NCBI GenBank assembly: GCA_963920595.1
Contig: OY986949.1
Coordinates: 1,860,001-1,924,000, forward strand
Reading direction: 5' to 3'
Origin: Eimeria praecox
Lineage: Eukaryota
Length of the DNA: 64,000 nt
Part shown: in pieces, positions 58,477 through 64,000 of the stretch
Layout of the letters: each line of letters starts with the position of its first letter
How positions within the stretch are numbered: position 1 is the first letter of the stretch
Position numbers and translations under genes: made by a program
Notes under the pieces: model-generated
Databases searched by the model: none
What the model was told of the DNA's origin: nothing
The model's input: only the letters and a program-made list of their open reading frames with translations

Positions 58477-61400
58477 GTGCCGCTGCCGGAGAGCTTCGCT
58501 GTGCGTGAGGCGTTCAACTCGAAGAACTGGAAGGGCCAGGTGGCCTTCACTGCAGCTGCGAGGGTACGGTGCAGCTGGAGGCTGATATGCGGGTTGTTTG
58601 CTGCTGCTGCTGTGTATTTTCTTGTTGACCGTCAGAGAGGCAGAGGGTGGCGCCGCGGCCAAACTGCTGCTGAGGACGACGGCCTTTGTCAGTCGCCACT
58701 TTAGCAAGGCTCTGCTGGTGCTGCTTGTTGCTGCTGCAGGCTGCCCTGGATGCATTCGCTGCGGAGACACTGGAGAGACTGCGTGACGCCGGAGGGGCGG
58801 AGTTGGAGGCACTTGTCCTCAACGCATCTTCGCCTCAAATCGTCGAGCTTTCTGCTCGAATAGGATACCCTGCAGATGTACGTGAGGGATACTGACTGCT
58901 CGTAGCTCTCACCAGTCCAAGGGAGCCAGTGGGGGGCCTTCTATGGAAAGCCCCTTGGGTTGTAAGAAGTCCCTCGGGGCCTCTTACAGCCCATGGGGCT
59001 CGCCAGTAAGAGGCGCCAAGGGGCCCTCTGTTGTCCTGCTGGCGGTCTCTGCAGCCAGAAGCATTTGTTCTGACGTAGAGACCGTTACTCCTTTTGGCGG
59101 GCTGGAAAGGGCTTTCTGTCTTGCTTTTCAAATGCATGATGCGCACTGTCTGCTCCTGCGTTCAGGCGGTTCTGCGCTATTTGATTCGTGTCTTTGAAAT
59201 CAAGGGCGGATCCCGCAGCAATCAAACCCTTTTGATAGGCGGCAGCTTTTGGGACGGCGAAGAGCGGCTGCAGGCTGGGGAAGAGGACTCATCTGTTGCC
59301 CCAGCTCAGCTGGCTAGCCAGCTAGCCACCCAAGCAGATACTGTGGCTAGTTCGTCGGCCTTCGGCCCCCCGCGCAGCGACTCGCCGCATCCTCAGTGGC
59401 TCGCAGGGCCCCCTACAAAGGCGGAAACAACGGAAAGAGACAGAGGCCCTGGCCTGTTGGTACACCGCACGCGGGATGTCAGGTTTCAGTGCCACCGCTG
59501 CGGTCATTTTTATTCTTGGGAAAAATCGCTGAGGCTGCACTATGAGCGGGCACACCACGAGTCGCTCCCTGAGAACGAGCTCTTATACATTCTGCCTTGG
59601 GAACGAAAGCGGTGCGTGAAGAGGCCCTGGTGCGGCAGGAATGTCTCCTGTCTTCCTGTCTTTTGAAGAGCTTCTAAGGTCTATGTCTGCAGACTTGGTA
59701 GAGTTTTCTCGGTGTATTCGTTGTGATGAAAGGCGCAAGAGGAAACAACTAGGGGACTTTGTGTCTTGTACTTTGCTGTCCCCCCTTCAAAGGGTGCCAG
59801 GGGGAGCATACGTTGCAGCCTCAGTGTGGGGCAGTGTTGTTTGACTGCGTCTCAGGCGACTGGAGGACCAGCAACAGAAGGCCGAGCTCAGCAAATTTAG
59901 GCGGAGGCGTCGCCTTCCAGCGCCATCTGCTCTACGGGGTGAGTCGCGTGTCAGTGGGTGTGCATTATGAGGTATCAGACACCAGGAAAGAATGAGGGAT
60001 GCTTTGTGTTTGAGGCACGCATTCTCGGTATACTCCCATCTTTAGCCTCTGGCCCAAGTGTATACCTGTGTAGCAGCAAAATCACAAGTGTTTTTATGTA
60101 CGTGGCTTCAAGTATGTTATCATTTCCGAATCTACAGATGTATGAATGGCATACAGATGCATGAATGGCGTGTTAGTTGATTCGGAGTCCCCCTGGTATC
60201 CCCAAATGCCGGTAGAGCAAGGCAGCATGCGTGTGTCTGTCATCTGGCGCGGAGTCCGTGGGCTTACGTCAGCAGCTGCAGTCAAATCCACAGTATAACT
60301 ACCAGGCAGCAGCGGCTGCTGCTGCTTGGGCCTTGGAGGCGCAGCGAGCCTTCCAGAGGCTGTCTCTGCTGTTGACGGACAGCGTTTCATGCGACTGCTG
60401 CGCTGCAGAGTCCCCTTCAGATCCGCAAGACCAGCAGCAGCAGGTGCTGAGTCCCCCCCCTGAAGAAGCCTTGAGGGCCCGCGAGCGCTTCGCTGGGCGG
60501 CTTCTGGTGCGAGGGACTGTGAAGGCCGTAGACGTCCTAGCCAGCGGCTTTTTGATGCGTGTAAGGATAATTTGTTAGTTTTTTGCACTACAGAAACAAG
60601 ACATAGACAGGATCCAGTTCACAGACACTGCGTTTAGGGCTGTTAGGCACTACAACTCCTTAGCGGTGCTACAGCAGGCATCAGCGAAGGGGAAACACAG
60701 AGATAGGCAGTCGCTGAGAAACCCCTCAAGCCCCGCAGACCCTCCATGTTGTGGATCCTCTGCGCGGGCTGAGGGCTATCTGGGGTTGCGGCTGCTGCTA
60801 GAGCGCGTTCTTTAGCTGTCAAGTTAGGACAGCAGATTGGGGCTGAAGCTGCATGTGCTGCGCTGTGGGCCTTGTTGTTGTTAGGCGACAAGAGAAGAGG
60901 AGGCGGTTCTCTCTTCAATGGGTCGGGGTAAGTGGCAGTTGAGTGCTTTTTCTCTGGCTTATGCGCCGCTGGCCGCTTATCATCTACACTATTATGGAAG
61001 GAGGGTTCTGAGGGGTGTTTGCGGCGGTTGCGATTCGCTTGCCGGGCTGGGGGCCCTGTGCTAGCTTCTCAGAACGCGCTGGTGTGGGGCTGCTGCGCGT
61101 CTGCAGAGGATGAGATTGCTCTAATTGGGGCGGCTGTCGTCGCTGAAAGGCTCTGGCTGGCGGCCTACAGCCCTCAGCAAAGTTCAGGGGGCCCCGAGGG
61201 CCAAATAGGGAGGGTAGAAAACCGCAGCGGGGGCCCCCTGGCTGAGGCCTGGTTATTCACCACAAATTCGCAGTCTCTACCGCCAGAAGATCATCGAATT
61301 TGGCAGGTATGTTGGGGCTGGATGCGCTGCACGCGCGCTCCATGCATGTGCGGGGGCGCAAGAGCAGGTCTTTGGGTGAAGTGCTCTGTTGGTGTTGATA

Positions 61401-64000
61401 TTGAGCTACAGAGACAGTGGTGGAGGCTGTTGCGGTGCAGCGGAGGCCTAACACAAGCTGAGGGGATCATGGTGTGTCTGTTGCACATGTGAGGTTTGTC
61501 TTTTTTTTATATGTGGGGTATCTCAGATCTTGGGCTGTCTCTGCATGCCCCCTCTGGCGCCTTCAAGCGCGCGCTTGTTCCTGGGCTTTGTTTTGAGTCG
61601 CCGATCCCTGAACTCCCGCATTTTTAGCAGCTTCCGGTGAGCTGTCTCTCTTTCCCTTTCCTCATATTCCTCCTCCGCCTCGTAAATCCTTCTTTTCCTA
61701 AATTATTTTTCGTGTGCGTCGTCTCCAAGATGAGCTGATCTGTTGCTGCTTCCACATCTGTGGGCCTTGGCTGTCCCTGTGCTCTGCGTGTATGCAGGCG
61801 CCTCGACCCCGCAGCTCTCCGCCATTTTGTCCTTGAGGGCCGCATCCCCTCTGCGTTGGAGCTGCGCTTGCACAGCGTGTACAGGGGGGAGGCGTTAGGG
61901 TCCCCCAGGAAGTCTCTGGTAGGTTCTGTTGCTTTTGCTCGTCTTGTGTCTCTGCTTCCCAGAGCTGCTGCGGCCTCACTTGGAGGCGGTGAAAAGGGCC
62001 TGAACCCTTTGCTGTTGGCTGTCTCTTGTGCGCGGGGCCCTCAGGTGTCTCGGCCGCTGAGCTGTCCCCGCATCCTGATGGCACGCAACATGTTGAAGGT
62101 GAGTTTGCACTGGCAGCAGCAGGCAAATATGAGGGGGGTTGCAGCGCATGCAGTGTGAGGACTGTACGAAGACACACAGGCACATATCTGTTTCGTTTTC
62201 TTACTATCTGCTTCTCCCCCAGGCCGTCGTCCTCACGCCTTTGCCCTTCTACCGACCTGCCGTGCAATTGGCTGCTCTGCGGGAGCTGCGGCCTTTAGAA
62301 CTCACGGGCCTCTGGAGGGCCTGGCAACGCAGAGGGTGGGTAACTGTCTTCAAGCCTCCAGCAGCAGCAGCCGCTGCTGCTGCTGCTGCTGCTGCTGGTG
62401 TTGCCTCAGTCGCGCTGCCTTCTAGGGAGAAGAAGGAAGTGACAGCAACGGAGGGTGCGGGGAGACAGCAGCATTTGTACAAGAGACCGGAGATCGCCAC
62501 AGCGCTTGAAGCCAAATGCCGTCGTCCGTTTGTCCTCAGCAGGTAATCTTACGCCTATCTCCTGTCTGCTATCGCTTGATGGTCTCCATCATAAGCTAAT
62601 CGTTGGCTTTGCCCCTTTGTATGCGGTCTTGTGCTTATTTGCAGCTCCGCGCGCCTTTCGCTCTTTGGACGGCTGTGGGACTACCGGACTCTCTCAGCGT
62701 TGCTCTTTTCAGCGCTCGAACTCACAGCCCGGCATGAGGGGGGCCCACCGGAGGAGGTCGCCGAGGCGGTTTCCCCAGAAGGACCAGCTGGTGAAGAGGC
62801 CTTGCCCAGCGGGGACCCCACATCCCCATCAGGCTCTTCTACAGTGCATGCAGCACCAATCGCGTGGAAGGACTCCGAAGGAGACGATCCTCCGCCTGAG
62901 CTCTTGCTGGCCCAGTTGGCTGCGGAGGAGGGGCAACGATTGGAGGAGGCAGAGGCTGCGGACGCATGCACGGAGGCCAACGACGGCGACTTGCAGCTTC
63001 TGCAGCTGCTCGAGAACTCCCGGCTACAACCGGCAGCTTCGGAGTGTCTGGCCACCTCGGAACCGCCTGAGGGAGTCTCCTTATCCGATTGCGGCAGGGA
63101 TAGAAAAGGAGACCGTGTCTCAGCAACCCCCCAGCTGCGCCGACAGAGGGAGGAAGAGGTTGTTGCAGTTGTTGGGAAGACGAGGGTGTCTCTGACCTCA
63201 GAGGTGTCGGGCTGCGAAGCGCTTGCGGCCCTTGAGGGCTTGGCTCGAGGGCGGCTGTGGCTCTCTCCTTTCTGGGGTAAGGACGGGCGTCTTCCAGATT
63301 CAACAGAGGCAGCAGCGGATGCCGAGCTGCTGAAGCTGCTGGAAGACGAAGACGCACTAGTGAGTTTTTTCCCTAAACTCTCTTCACCTCGAGAGCTATT
63401 TGCTGTTCAAAACCGAGACCTCCAACCCAGTAGCAGCGAGTTGCAACCAAGGGGGTCCCTGCGCGTTCGCTAGAAACAGTCAAGCTCCTAGAGCCTGAGG
63501 CGCAGGTGTACAGCCAGCAGGCGCGCTGCCCGTGAGCTGTAATGGGCCCCAAGCAGGAAAGGATGGGAATGGGGTGAGGTTTGAGTTATTGCCGCTTGGA
63601 ATGTGGATGTAGTTGGCGCTGTCTGTGGGACGCTGTGCAGGACGGGGGAGCTGAGGGCGAGGGCTTGTGGAACAATGTTCCTGAGTGGCTTAGTGCGTTG
63701 TCAGTGGGCCGGGGGGATGAAGGGGGCGACTTGTTGGGAGAGAGGCCTCTGAGGAGGCCAACGGAGGGCGGTATCGAAACGCATATCACCGCACATGCAG
63801 CGGGAGTGCCGGAGATGACAGCGATTACCTGCTCTGTCTTGGGCTTCTCTTCGTCGCGTGCTAGGCGGGGTCCGAAGGCGCTTGAAGGGGCCTCCATCAT
63901 GCACAGTAAAGATTCTGCAGAGGCCCCCGATAGGCCAGCAGAGGCAGCTGGATCTGCACCCCAGATTGGGGGGCTCTGTCGGGAGCTGCGGCTGGCGTTT
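58477..64000 (+). CDS. Partial multi-exon gene with one C2H2 zinc finger, possibly TFIIIC large (B-block-binding) subunit. Exons ~58477-58563, 58740-58877, 59166-59611, 59856-59938, ~60226-60560, 61073-61306, 61527-61636, 61798-61918, 62045-62098, 62223-62542, 62645-63359; probably continues past the window
   Basis: In-phase GT-AG chain, with the acceptor near 60226 uncertain. FQCHRCGHFYSWEKSLRLHYERAH is a C2H2 finger. ARNMLK|AVVLTPLPFYRP...RPFVLS resembles the Tfc3/GTF3C1 C-terminal region as remembered. Confidence 0.6.

Overview
Eukaryotic, intron-rich coccidian DNA, almost certainly Eimeria (CAG/CTG tracts, interstitial AAACCCT/TTTAGGG repeats, TGCATGCA palindromes, alternating repeat-rich and repeat-poor blocks). 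Most ORFs in the supplied track are microsatellite artefacts. Reading splice sites by hand gives eight gene models: a 12-exon mitochondrial-type citrate synthase (-); a 5-exon low-complexity protein with a probable GC-AG intron (-); a Gln-rich protein with a CCDC9-like coiled-coil motif (-); a ~1,495 aa hypothetical protein (+); a RanBP2-type zinc-finger protein (-); mitochondrial Hsp70 (+); a ~1,008 aa five-TM protein with Tweety/prominin-like topology (-); and, beyond a 200-N gap, a partial gene with a C2H2 finger and TFIIIC-large-subunit-like motifs (+). A degenerate Ty3/gypsy pol relic (RT-RNaseH-integrase) lies at ~24.3-26.7 kb. The most notable observations are the Tweety/prominin-like protein, two cases of duplicated exon ends with their splice donors, a dispersed TGT-N4-ACA palindrome, and introns with complementary repeat ends. 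All exon models are manual and phase-checked but have no transcript support. Family assignments rest on remembered motifs, not database searches.
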